Source: a virus (lineage: Duplodnaviria > Caudoviricetes). From it: a DNA stretch of 64,000 nucleotides. The stretch spans positions 2,287 through 66,286 of IMG/VR virus record IMGVR_UViG_2690315896_000002; one strand, 5' to 3'. A program made the position numbers and the translations under genes. Numbering within the stretch: position 1 is the stretch's first letter; each line of letters opens with the position of its first letter. The notes beneath the pieces were generated by a model, which saw nothing but the letters and a program-made list of their open reading frames with translations, was not told the DNA's origin and ran no database searches. This document shows positions 10,201 to 15,668 of this stretch, piece after piece.

Positions 10201-13200
10201 GGCCCTTGATGTCGGCAGGCATCATGCCGAAGAAGTTGCCAATGCCCATGGACGGCTCCAGCACGCGGCCACCGCTGAAGCCCATGCGCTTCACCATGTC
10301 CCACATGGCCATCACGGTTGGTGGGTCGGTGTAGTGGGCGTTGGTGATCGAGCGCTGGGCAGACTCCCATTCGTCCTGGCCCAGGTGGTCGCGCAGCCAC
10401 TGGTCGCGCTTCTCCCAGCCAGCCTTTGGCATGGCCTTGGCCCAGGTGCCCTGGAAAAGCTCCTGGCCGAACGAACCCCAGCCGGTGTACCCAGCCAGTG
10501 TGCGCTGTTCTTCTGCGGTGGCTTGGCGCTCGCTCTCGCGCAGCTGGTTCAGCAGCTCGATGGCTGCCATGTTCTTGTCGAAACGGGCAACGGGCGTGCC
10601 GCCGACGATTTCAAGAGGGTTGTCGAGGTGGAAGTTGCCGGGGCCAGGGTTGGCAGGGCTGACTTCCTCGGGCGCCTTTACGCTGCGCTGCTTTCTGGCT
10701 CCAGCATCAGGTGCTCGCGCTCCGCCTGCTCCCGTGCGTCCGTCACCGGCATTCCCGCCTTGATCAACCGGGCCTGCTCTTCCCACATCCGTTGCTGGCA
10801 CACGAACGCCATCGCCTCCAGCACGCCCTGCGTCCGCAGGCGCAGATACATCGCCGGGCTGTCGGCTTTCCAGGTCGCCAGAATCCGCTGGTGCAGCGGG
10901 ATCGTTATCTCGGCGCCCTCGTCCAGATACCTCTGGTGCTCGGCCTTGATCCGCTGCACGTCCTGGTTGCTCAGGATTTCCATTGCTTACTTCCTTGGTT
11001 TCAGTCGTGCGCGTTTGCGCTTCCATGGTACCGCGCGCGTCGCGCAGCAGCAATGCCGCGAGGTCGGAGGCCGACAGATCAACGGGCATCCAGCGGTTCT
11101 GGCCCTTGGTGGCGTAGGTATCGCCCACCGCCTGGGAAGTGCGCGCCATCACCGCAATGCCGCTGGCCGTGCTGGGGAACATGCCGCGTAGGGCCGTGTC
11201 GCCCACATGAACGTAGACGTTGGTGCCCGTCTCGGGGTGCTGCACCGTCAGGGTCACGTCGCCGCTGCCGGCCATGCCGCTCTCGTTCACGCTCACGGCC
11301 TTGCCCGGCTTGCCCTTGGCGTCGGAGTGCGGGGTGAAGCCAGCGGCGGCCAGCTCGTCGGCCACCGCGTTCAGGTACTGCTTGGCCTCCTTCAGGAAGG
11401 CATCCTTCGTGCCGTTGCCGGTTTCGCGGTCGGCGTTGCCGTAGCCGTCGATGTGCTCCACGCCCCAATCCTGGGTCAGTGTCATGTCGCCCTTGACGCC
11501 GGTCTTCTTGGCGCGCTTGGCAGGCTTGGCCACGGCCTCGCCCAGCTGCTCGGCGGCCTGCTCGCGCGCCTCGGACGTCAGCAGCGCCTGGTGCTGGCGG
11601 GCCGACTCGGCAGGGTCGGTCATGCCCGCGTTGTCCAGGCCTGGGTAGTTGCGCGCACCCTCCCAGAAGGACAGCAGGTAGGGCTTCACACCGTCGCCCA
11701 TGTCATCGATCATGGCCTTGGCGTACTGGGTGAAGTTGCGCACGCCGGACTCGATGTAGGCACCCGCGATGGTCATGCCGTCCACCAGCAGCTCGGGGTC
11801 GATGCCGCTGTTGAGCGTGCCCAGCTTCTTGCGCATGCGCTCGCGCGCCGCGGCCACCTTGTCGGCAGTGAACAGCTTGTTGTCGGCGAAGCGGTCTGCC
11901 GGTTGGGCCTGCGCCGGAGTCTCCGCAGGAGCGCCCTGCTCGGCCGCTTTGGCCACGGTGTACGTGACCTTGTTGGCGTGGGCCAGGTCCAGCCTGAACG
12001 AGGTCCGGCTGCCGCGCGCCGGATCGATGACGTGTACCTCACCCTTGGCTGTGATGCTCTCGATCCGGTATGCCTTCTGGCCGGTCGCGTACTCAAAGTC
12101 TTTGGACAGCGTGATGGCGTCGCCCACCTGGGCGCCGCCCAGGTACTTGGCTGAAACGCGGTCCACCGCCTCTTTCTGCTCAGCGGCTTTGGACTTCTTG
12201 GGCGCGGGGGCTGGTGCTGCCTTGGCGGCCTGCTGCTCACGCGGCGCCATGGCGTCGGCCAGCTTGCCCTGGATGTCCGAATTCAGGTTCTCCCACACCG
12301 CGCGCGGCAGGTTCTTCGCCAGGACGGGCGCTACTCCGTCCAGGCGCTGGACCAGCGCGGATCGCTCTGCGGCAGGCATGCGGGTCCACTGTGCGCCAGC
12401 GTCAGCACGGCGCTTTGCTGGGAACTCGCGGGCAGGCTCTTGCGCTTGAGCTTGCGGCGCAGCCGGCGCGCCTGCTTCACGGCCATCGTCTTGAGTTGGG
12501 GTCGTGCCATCGGTCAGTCCTTGGGCGGCAGGCCCAGATGCAGCGCCAGCTTGTTGAATGCCAGGGACTTGGGCAGCAGGCTCAGTCCCTCCTGCTGGTG
12601 CGGGCGCAGCTGCAGGTACTGCTGGCGCTGCAGGCGCTTGCGCAGGTTGCGCGCCACCTTGCTGGGCTTCAGGGGTTTGCGTGCCATCGTTTTTCGCTCC
12701 TTCATTGATAGCATTCGGCGCTTTTTGCGCGCGGTTTTTGATCGCTTTTTGAATCTTCTGTTGGCGCGCGTGGTCGGCCGGCAGCAGGCTCGACAGCTGG
12801 TGGAGCTCGTCGGTGCTCATCTCGGCCAGCTTCTTGCGGTTGAGCTGGGCCAGGGTCGCCACGTTGGCGCCCTGGGCCTGCGAGCCCGGGGCGTGCGCCG
12901 GGGCCTGGGCCGGGGCTTCCTGGGCGCCCTGAACCTCGATGCGCTCGGGCACCGGGCCGGCGTCCTCCTGGGTGCTGGCAAAGGCGTCGTCGGGCGCATC
13001 GGGTAGGTCCTGCGCGGCGAGGTCGGCCTGAAGCTCTGCCTGCAGCTCGCCCTCCTGGCGGATCGCGCGGCGGCGGCTCAGTTCGCCGGCCAGCGCGCGG
13101 CGCACGTCTGGCGACTGTGCGCCACGGAAGGCCGAGGACAGATCAGCATCAGACCAGTCGCTCATCGTGTGCAGTCCGGAAATCTCGCCCGTGTCGGGAT

Positions 13201-15049
13201 CGACCTCCTGGCCGGCCTGGGCCTGCTGCTGATCGCCCTTGAGAGTCCAGCCGTTGGCTGTCTCCGCGTCGAAATGCACCTGGGCCTTGTCGCCGCGCCC
13301 GAAGTCGGCCAGCGCCAGCTTCCCGTCAGCGGAAACGCTCTCGATGGTGTAGCTGCCGCCGCTCTTGGAATGCCACTGCTGGCCGGGCTCGTAGCCCCCC
13401 TGCTGCTTCCCTTTCTTGGGCTGCTGCTTGGCCTGCTTGGCTTGGGACTCGGCGGCCTGGGCCTGGGCGGCGGCCTGTTGCAGCTGCGCCGACAGGCCGG
13501 TATCCACCGACATGGCCGCAGCGCCCTCCAGCGTGCCGGCCGCCGGGCCGCTGCGCAGGCCCATGGCCTCGGACGGGCGCTGCGCGGCGCCGGTCGATTG
13601 CAGGATCTCGTCGTCGGGCGTTTCCACAGCGCGGCTGGCCGCCAGCTCGGCATCGCGGTCGGCCTGCACGCGGGCGGCCGCCATGTCGCGGGCGGCCTGT
13701 TGCTGGGCCAGCGCGGCGGCGCCATCGGGCGGCGCGGACTGGGGCACGTTGGGCTCGCCCTGCTCCTGCTCCTGAAGCGCGCGCAGCTGCTGCGCGAACT
13801 CGTTGCGCACGCGGGCCATGCCGGGATTGGCCTGTGCAGGCGCTGGCGCTTCAGCGGCCTGGGCGCCCTGGTTCAGCAGCTTGGCGCGGGCGGCCAGCTG
13901 CTCGCCCTCGGGCAGGCTGGCCACATAGGCATCCACCTGGGCGCGCGTGCCCACCGTGCCATCGGGGAAGACAACCAGGGGATCGGGGTTGTAGCCCAGC
14001 TGCAGCGGTTTGGCGTCCTGGCCGGGCGCGGCCTGCTCGCCAGCGGCGCGGGATTCACGGAAGCCGCGGAAGCCAGCAGCACCAGCGCCCATGGCGCCGC
14101 CGGACAGCACGCCCATGACTGCGGCCGAATCGAGTTCTTCGTGCCAGGGCTTGCCCAGCGCCACGTTCTGGAAAATCTGCTCGGCCATGGACTGGGGCAG
14201 TTCCTCCAAGAAGCCCTCAGCGATGGCGCCCTCGATGACCTTGCGCGGGATGCTCTTGACGGCGGCCTCGGCCACCAGGGGATTCGCGGCGCCCTGGGCG
14301 GCCTTGCCCGCGATCTGTTCGTCCACGCCCTTGAGGCCCTGAGCCATCATGGTGTCGGCGTCGCCAATGCCCAGGCGCTGGGCCACCTTGCCGCCCGCAA
14401 CGCTGAAGGCGCCGCCCACAACGCCCGTTCCGACAGCCGCCGCAGCTTGGCCAGGCGTCAGCAGCCCGTCCTCGGTTTCTTGGCGAATCTGCTCTGCCTG
14501 GGAGCCCGCCATCGTGACGCCCTCTCCTGCAGCGCCGGCCACCACCGCGCCCGTGGCGCCCAACTTGCCCAGGCGGGTTGCCGCCATCAGGCCGCGCGCA
14601 GCCACGCCACCGGCCCCCATTGATGGCAGCGATTCGCCCACGGCAGTAGCGATGAGGCTGGGGTTCGACAGGGCCACAGCGGTCTTGTCCACGATGCCAT
14701 CAGCCTCTTGGAATTTGCGCTGCGCCTCCTTGGTTGCGTCGGAGTGCCAGTCGTTGACCATCTCCTTGGCCTGCCTGAAGCGCAGGCCCACCGTGCCGCC
14801 CTCGTTGGCCAGCGCCTTGCCGGCAGCGCCGCCTGTGGGAATGTCGGCCAGGCCCACCAGCGCCTCGGGCACCGCAATGGCGCCCTTGACGGCGGTGGCC
14901 GCTATGTCGCGGCCCCAGCCCTTCAAGCCGCGCGGGGCAGCCGGGGCATCAGCGGCGTCAGGCCCGTAGTCTTGCTTCCACGGCTGGGCACCTGCGCCGG
15001 TGGCGCCGCCGTCGAACTGCTGTTCCCAAGGTTTTTTTTCATCGGTCAT
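1202..15049 (-). CDS. Giant DarB-like polyvalent virion/ejected protein (~4615 aa): N6-adenine MTase + SNF2-type helicase + zincin peptidase + LPD3-like + PLxRFG domains
   Basis: MTase motifs VLEPSMGIGNF (~10240-10270) and IGNWPF (~10050-10070); helicase AHEVGTGKT (~8225-8250) and DEAH (~7700); HEAMH (~5085); LPD3-like ...RMYLHSV (~4300-4700); APLSRFGRY (~3210-3240). Start set at 15049 from the promoter motif. Confidence 0.9.
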   Translation of the reverse strand: MTDEKKPWEQQFDGGATGAGAQPWKQDYGPDAADAPAAPRGLKGWGRDIAATAVKGAIAVPEALVGLADIPTGGAAGKALANEGGTVGLRFRQAKEMVNDWHSDATKEAQRKFQEADGIVDKTAVALSNPSLIATAVGESLPSMGAGGVAARGLMAATRLGKLGATGAVVAGAAGEGVTMAGSQAEQIRQETEDGLLTPGQAAAAVGTGVVGGAFSVAGGKVAQRLGIGDADTMMAQGLKGVDEQIAGKAAQGAANPLVAEAAVKSIPRKVIEGAIAEGFLEELPQSMAEQIFQNVALGKPWHEELDSAAVMGVLSGGAMGAGAAGFRGFRESRAAGEQAAPGQDAKPLQLGYNPDPLVVFPDGTVGTRAQVDAYVASLPEGEQLAARAKLLNQGAQAAEAPAPAQANPGMARVRNEFAQQLRALQEQEQGEPNVPQSAPPDGAAALAQQQAARDMAAARVQADRDAELAASRAVETPDDEILQSTGAAQRPSEAMGLRSGPAAGTLEGAAAMSVDTGLSAQLQQAAAQAQAAESQAKQAKQQPKKGKQQGGYEPGQQWHSKSGGSYTIESVSADGKLALADFGRGDKAQVHFDAETANGWTLKGDQQQAQAGQEVDPDTGEISGLHTMSDWSDADLSSAFRGAQSPDVRRALAGELSRRRAIRQEGELQAELQADLAAQDLPDAPDDAFASTQEDAGPVPERIEVQGAQEAPAQAPAHAPGSQAQGANVATLAQLNRKKLAEMSTDELHQLSSLLPADHARQQKIQKAIKNRAQKAPNAINEGAKNDGTQTPEAQQGGAQPAQAPAAPAVPAAAPAPAGGTEPAAQVPGIQQAGAASGPAAQGLTDGTTPTQDDGREAGAPAAPQAQAQEPAREFPAKRRADAGAQWTRMPAAERSALVQRLDGVAPVLAKNLPRAVWENLNSDIQGKLADAMAPREQQAAKAAPAPAPKKSKAAEQKEAVDRVSAKYLGGAQVGDAITLSKDFEYATGQKAYRIESITAKGEVHVIDPARGSRTSFRLDLAHANKVTYTVAKAAEQGAPAETPAQAQPADRFADNKLFTADKVAAARERMRKKLGTLNSGIDPELLVDGMTIAGAYIESGVRNFTQYAKAMIDDMGDGVKPYLLSFWEGARNYPGLDNAGMTDPAESARQHQALLTSEAREQAAEQLGEAVAKPAKRAKKTGVKGDMTLTQDWGVEHIDGYGNADRETGNGTKDAFLKEAKQYLNAVADELAAAGFTPHSDAKGKPGKAVSVNESGMAGSGDVTLTVQHPETGTNVYVHVGDTALRGMFPSTASGIAVMARTSQAVGDTYATKGQNRWMPVDLSASDLAALLLRDARGTMEAQTRTTETKEVSNGNPEQPGRAADQGRAPEVSGRGRRDNDPAAPADSGDLESRQPGDVSAPADAGRAGGDGVRVPATDVGRAGPVDQGGNAGDGRTGAGGARAPDAGARKQRSVKAPEEVSPANPGPGNFHLDNPLEIVGGTPVARFDKNMAAIELLNQLRESERQATAEEQRTLAGYTGWGSFGQELFQGTWAKAMPKAGWEKRDQWLRDHLGQDEWESAQRSITNAHYTDPPTVMAMWDMVKRMGFSGGRVLEPSMGIGNFFGMMPADIKGRSHLAGIELDSLTGAMATRLYPDANVKIMGYQESKTPDDFYDVVIGNWPFENTVIADRRYNTLSPFLHDYFFLKALDQVRPGGLVVGITSNGTMDKKATRIRAALARKAELVTSIRLPSGAFQEYAGTKVVTDIVILKKRPQALSLTPNEPWINSVAVKTPAGPEVFINEFYAQNPGNVIGTTDYGHGTTRMQPGMIVHRPDNMAERLRDAVNLVPEGVFSKEDRTKHLSYVTNHTADREGSLSEQNGRLYVVRGEHLAPAQEVRKYALKSEAATAERERELRALIDMRRKYAALIEAERTGDADDARNGLREAYDAFGKAHGDLSDSFGLDYLRKIDDPFYPALAALTVNGKPSEILSKSTIRGARGMENPTPQDAYVLARNRSVEPTLAEIAALAGKPEAEVRAALVKSGAVFEAPNGDVVPSDIYLSGNVRQKLREAQAALAEGDKAMERNVAELKKVIPEDVPYFNIESQLGATWVPARAYAEYVAHMLNRPSTNGIEATFLNGRWKIRLPDGANHWTEARTGFGTGEYPFSKLVNAAFTNQTVKIRRKDSDGNEYVDTEASDEANARIGDIRAKFGEWLWSDPERRTALEAEYNESRNAYATPKYDGSFLHLDGMALSLGRGPFNLRQHQVNAIWRALVNRRSLNAHEVGTGKTFTMGGIAVESRRYGIAKKPVLLAHNANSASVAAEIQMMYPAAKVLYIDNLDKDSIAVRMRQIANDDWDTIVMPHSLIDRLSFREETLMEMAREDIRSLEEEAYAAAEEDGVELTAKMMDDEDELKKVRSITAKELVKARNRIIETIKKQAMQSSREGAIPFEDLGIDMVLVDEAHEFKKPPISTRMNMKGLNTQTSNRSIALQFITRYIRANNFGGNVHTFTGTPITNTLTEIFHQMRYVMEDEMKAAGVESWDGWFGSFAKEVQDVELSAAGEYEAINRLAGFINVPELRRMIGQYMDVVFAEDMPEMQPRKVNGKTLTSADLAEAERAELLNGRTENATDRPYKKVVNVTSDLTDEQSRIFSQLQGYARSWRNMSGKARKEAMYAGAPESPIITEGLANKASFDVRLMDDEAYAGQEGSVPDSPGSKASKVVGNVLEIYNSDDRAAQVIFAEQGFSTSKDKSMGRDPSGKKITRRAKTFSTMRDIVERLVQGGIPREQIAIVDGSTSKEKRKEIANAMNALTVRVVIGSTDTLGVGVNMQRNLRAMHHMDAPYMPGELEQRNGRGLRQGNQWNTVLEYRYMTDRLDGRRWQILAIKQRFITAFMKANSDARVIEGDAASDEESDIVQSFSEAAGDPRILIRAKLRKNVEALQRAERMHGNGVADARRNMRNAEEAIQWNRGMLRQMRANDLPQRLRAMMQAQSENFTATVQGQAFDNRKDAEDAIDKFLKTEMRMEQSGVTVATYRDQTITARWPSLSSQPELVMEVGGQEFSSGGLRGLEQQVRNFPGRIEKVEGVIAEREASIERLQQVSKAPFARAVDLEAAQKRLEALEKDIEVNPVPPPAWLRAGAPVDSEAFRAGRPFVVTGHRWTKDGWFVLGQDAKGEMAIPFTEVMDAQGMPLYEAREFNAPEVIEKDGSTAPAAGVPVAVPDAAGAGQGAADFQGEAKRRPGSAQDKAVMQAIADGKSARDVLRLVAEQSKDPFLRKVARLLLRAGITPNVQFGHIGKTVKGTPIHGQYRGRSDTIAMAGSAEYAAERIFMHEAMHAATMRALAKGGLPKMQLQKLLEHVRKQKGAAGFYGTTNVDEFVAEVFTNPDFQRALRQMTAPNASTLKTAWDSFLRTLKRILGLNADATDALSQALELGVAAMRQDMALRTQGVRSGKNADSAEESSDLQRARVLQGQPVAVLRLEDAPAGGFADIERWAADLFARQGGGAFNPEIGEVVLDARAAKSSLAHGGANAAKKIAFAAVKDVIEKGALVYRTAVGNKDSFYVSAPVRLSGRDNIVTVLVRRDHNTQRMYLHSVSTKENLLNPRVSSVDAAKAASERSGSTNSGDEASVANEVQRIKATSAEVARELHRLLTLDTTGDDVANFGADDLARLKTSALDQISQSLSHPGKVSWWDKSFGTMRNLAERVPQFKPVFEAAQRFIDDVSMLANDAADFAPRLMPRVETLADLKKKPITADDNKAVAKPLFEGTLMWARDVDGTPVTTEALNAKYRNVSADEKAQIMLRTGKLDDRVLKMWKGMPLESFESAVNSRFDSTILKPGVVWSGKELKDLFKLSDQQLSLYQEARAAIDRSIDVTARTDMLRVLGEQFAGLRDVVLEQQNLKDAFTLVVDTLQDEARANPDMADRLMQMNNAVVNRYETASELMAKGYAPLSRFGRYTVDVVDQAGERQFFGMFESMREANQMAMKMRDVFKGANVTQGTMSQQAFKLFAGITPESLEQFGSMLGLQGDGNDAKDKAFQAYLQLAKNNHSALKRLIHRKGIDGYSEDVGRVLASFVYSNARLGSGGLNAGTMEQAVEAIPKEMGELRDVAMGLRSYIQDPQEEGQAVRGMLFAQYLGGSVASAFVNMTQPFQITMPWLSQYGGMRKAAGQMARALKDMGTKGFKYEADLARALQLAEDDGTVSPQEIHQLMAQARGTGSLRTGDGTKLGDARAAASNNWERVKVAWGQPFALAEQFNRRSTFIASYRIAKDQGIADPGQFARKAVLETQFLYSKANKMRFGRGAVGGTLMTFRTYSVSYLELMNRMWNQGEAGSPERAAGRRAVGWAVAMLLLMGGAGGLPFVEDIEDLIDGAGQLMGYNLSSKQVRKEFLASVVGKELADFAEQGVSGLPGAPIDVSGRLGMGNLIPGTGLFMNKQNRERDLLEIAGPAGDLVARGFTGARKALTGDVAGAAMEFSPTAVRNAAKGIDMATSGIYKDTKGYKVIDVSLAEAASKFIGFQPKNVAEVQEANSFMQRTKSFYTATSSDIKAQWAQALFEKDDAALQRVRDRLSAWNRDNPEQPIKVSIPDIMKRVRQMGKDKADRIADTSPKALRAQMREMAQEASR
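4173..4201 (+). promoter_or_regulatory. Sigma70 promoter antisense within giant gene
   Basis: TTGATG(4173-78)-17 bp-TACACT(4196-4201) with extended TG at 4193-94. Confidence 0.7.
4208..4295 (+). ncRNA. Putative ~87-nt structured small RNA antisense to the giant gene
   Basis: 13-bp closing helix TCTCCTGAATTCG/CGGATTCAGGAGA, inner helices GAG/CTC, CCAG/CTGG, GATGC/GCATC, then TTTTCTTTT; starts 7 nt after the -10. Confidence 0.65.
10678..10983 (-). CDS. Nested out-of-frame gene (101 aa), helical, possibly TnpV/DUF1896-like
   Basis: SD AAGGAAG 6 nt upstream; protein-like composition; the host frame here is G/R/A/D-rich low complexity. Confidence 0.65.
   Translation of the reverse strand: MEILSNQDVQRIKAEHQRYLDEGAEITIPLHQRILATWKADSPAMYLRLRTQGVLEAMAFVCQQRMWEEQARLIKAGMPVTDAREQAEREHLMLEPESSAA
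11025..11053 (-). promoter_or_regulatory. Internal sigma70 promoter for the nested 101-aa gene
   Basis: TTGCTG-17 bp-TACCAT. Confidence 0.55.
12331..12510 (-). CDS. Nested out-of-frame basic peptide (59 aa)
   Basis: AAGGA-7 nt-ATG; MARPQLKTMAVKQARRLRRKLKRK... Confidence 0.4.
   Translation of the reverse strand: MARPQLKTMAVKQARRLRRKLKRKSLPASSQQSAVLTLAHSGPACLPQSDPRWSSAWTE
12514..12687 (-). CDS. Nested out-of-frame basic peptide (57 aa)
   Basis: GAAGGAG-9 nt-ATG; MARKPLKPSKVARNLRKRLQRQ... Confidence 0.45.
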   Translation of the reverse strand: MARKPLKPSKVARNLRKRLQRQQYLQLRPHQQEGLSLLPKSLAFNKLALHLGLPPKD

Positions 15050-15055
15050 GCACGC

Positions 15056-15093
15056 ATGCTCACGTGCGCCCCCGATGGCGTCGAACCCTATAC
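15056..15093 (-). promoter_or_regulatory. Late promoter motif copy 2 (giant gene, leaderless)
   Basis: GTATAGGGTT-N22-GAGCAT-N6-ATG. Confidence 0.8.
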
Positions 15094-15130
15094 AGGGCGC
15101 CCCGTTATAGTTGGAGGCGGAGGTAAGGAA

Positions 15131-15667
15131 ATGAGCGCCACGACAACCAAAAGACAAAATATTTTGATAGCAGCAAACTTAGCACTCGTATGCGCTATCA
15201 CCTATTTTCACCCTTTCATCAAGTTTGCCCGGTCGCCGCTGATGGAGTGGCTGTATCTGGCCTCCCTGCCCATCGCGGCGGCGGCAGTTTGCTACGGCCT
15301 GTATGCCCTGGCGTTCCGTGAGCGTGCGCGCGGTGGCTGGCCAATTGGCTTTCTGGTGCTGGCGTGGCTGTTTGCCGTGGTCAACATGGTCGGCGCTCTC
15401 AAGGACCGCAAGGCCCCGGCCCCAGCACCGATAAGGGAGCCGGCCATTGCAGCTGTGCCCAGCCAGCCAGCTGGGCAATGGACAGCCGAGCGCACGACCA
15501 GCTCAGTGGCCGGGCCATGGCTGGACTACGCCCCCTCGGGCTCGCGCTTTTGCCGGGCAGCGGACGGCATCATCGTGACCGTCTTCCCGCCTGGCGTCAG
15601 GCCAGAAGCCCAGGCGGTTGACGCGCACTGCCTGCAAAGCAGCGTGCCTTCGCCCGCCCAACTCTGA
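15131..15667 (+). CDS. Opposite-strand membrane protein (moron-like; candidate superinfection exclusion)
   Basis: Three TM helices plus soluble C-terminus; TATAGT -10 and GGAGG upstream; inserted between ejection genes. Confidence 0.7.
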   Translation: MSATTTKRQNILIAANLALVCAITYFHPFIKFARSPLMEWLYLASLPIAAAAVCYGLYALAFRERARGGWPIGFLVLAWLFAVVNMVGALKDRKAPAPAPIREPAIAAVPSQPAGQWTAERTTSSVAGPWLDYAPSGSRFCRAADGIIVTVFPPGVRPEAQAVDAHCLQSSVPSPAQL

Positions 15668-15668
15668 T

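Noticed and set aside
1004-14623. Long + strand ORFs (e.g. 1070, 849, 613 aa) opposite the giant gene, and similar ones opposite other genes
   Set aside because: Antisense shadows typical of high-GC coding DNA; no motifs or SD.
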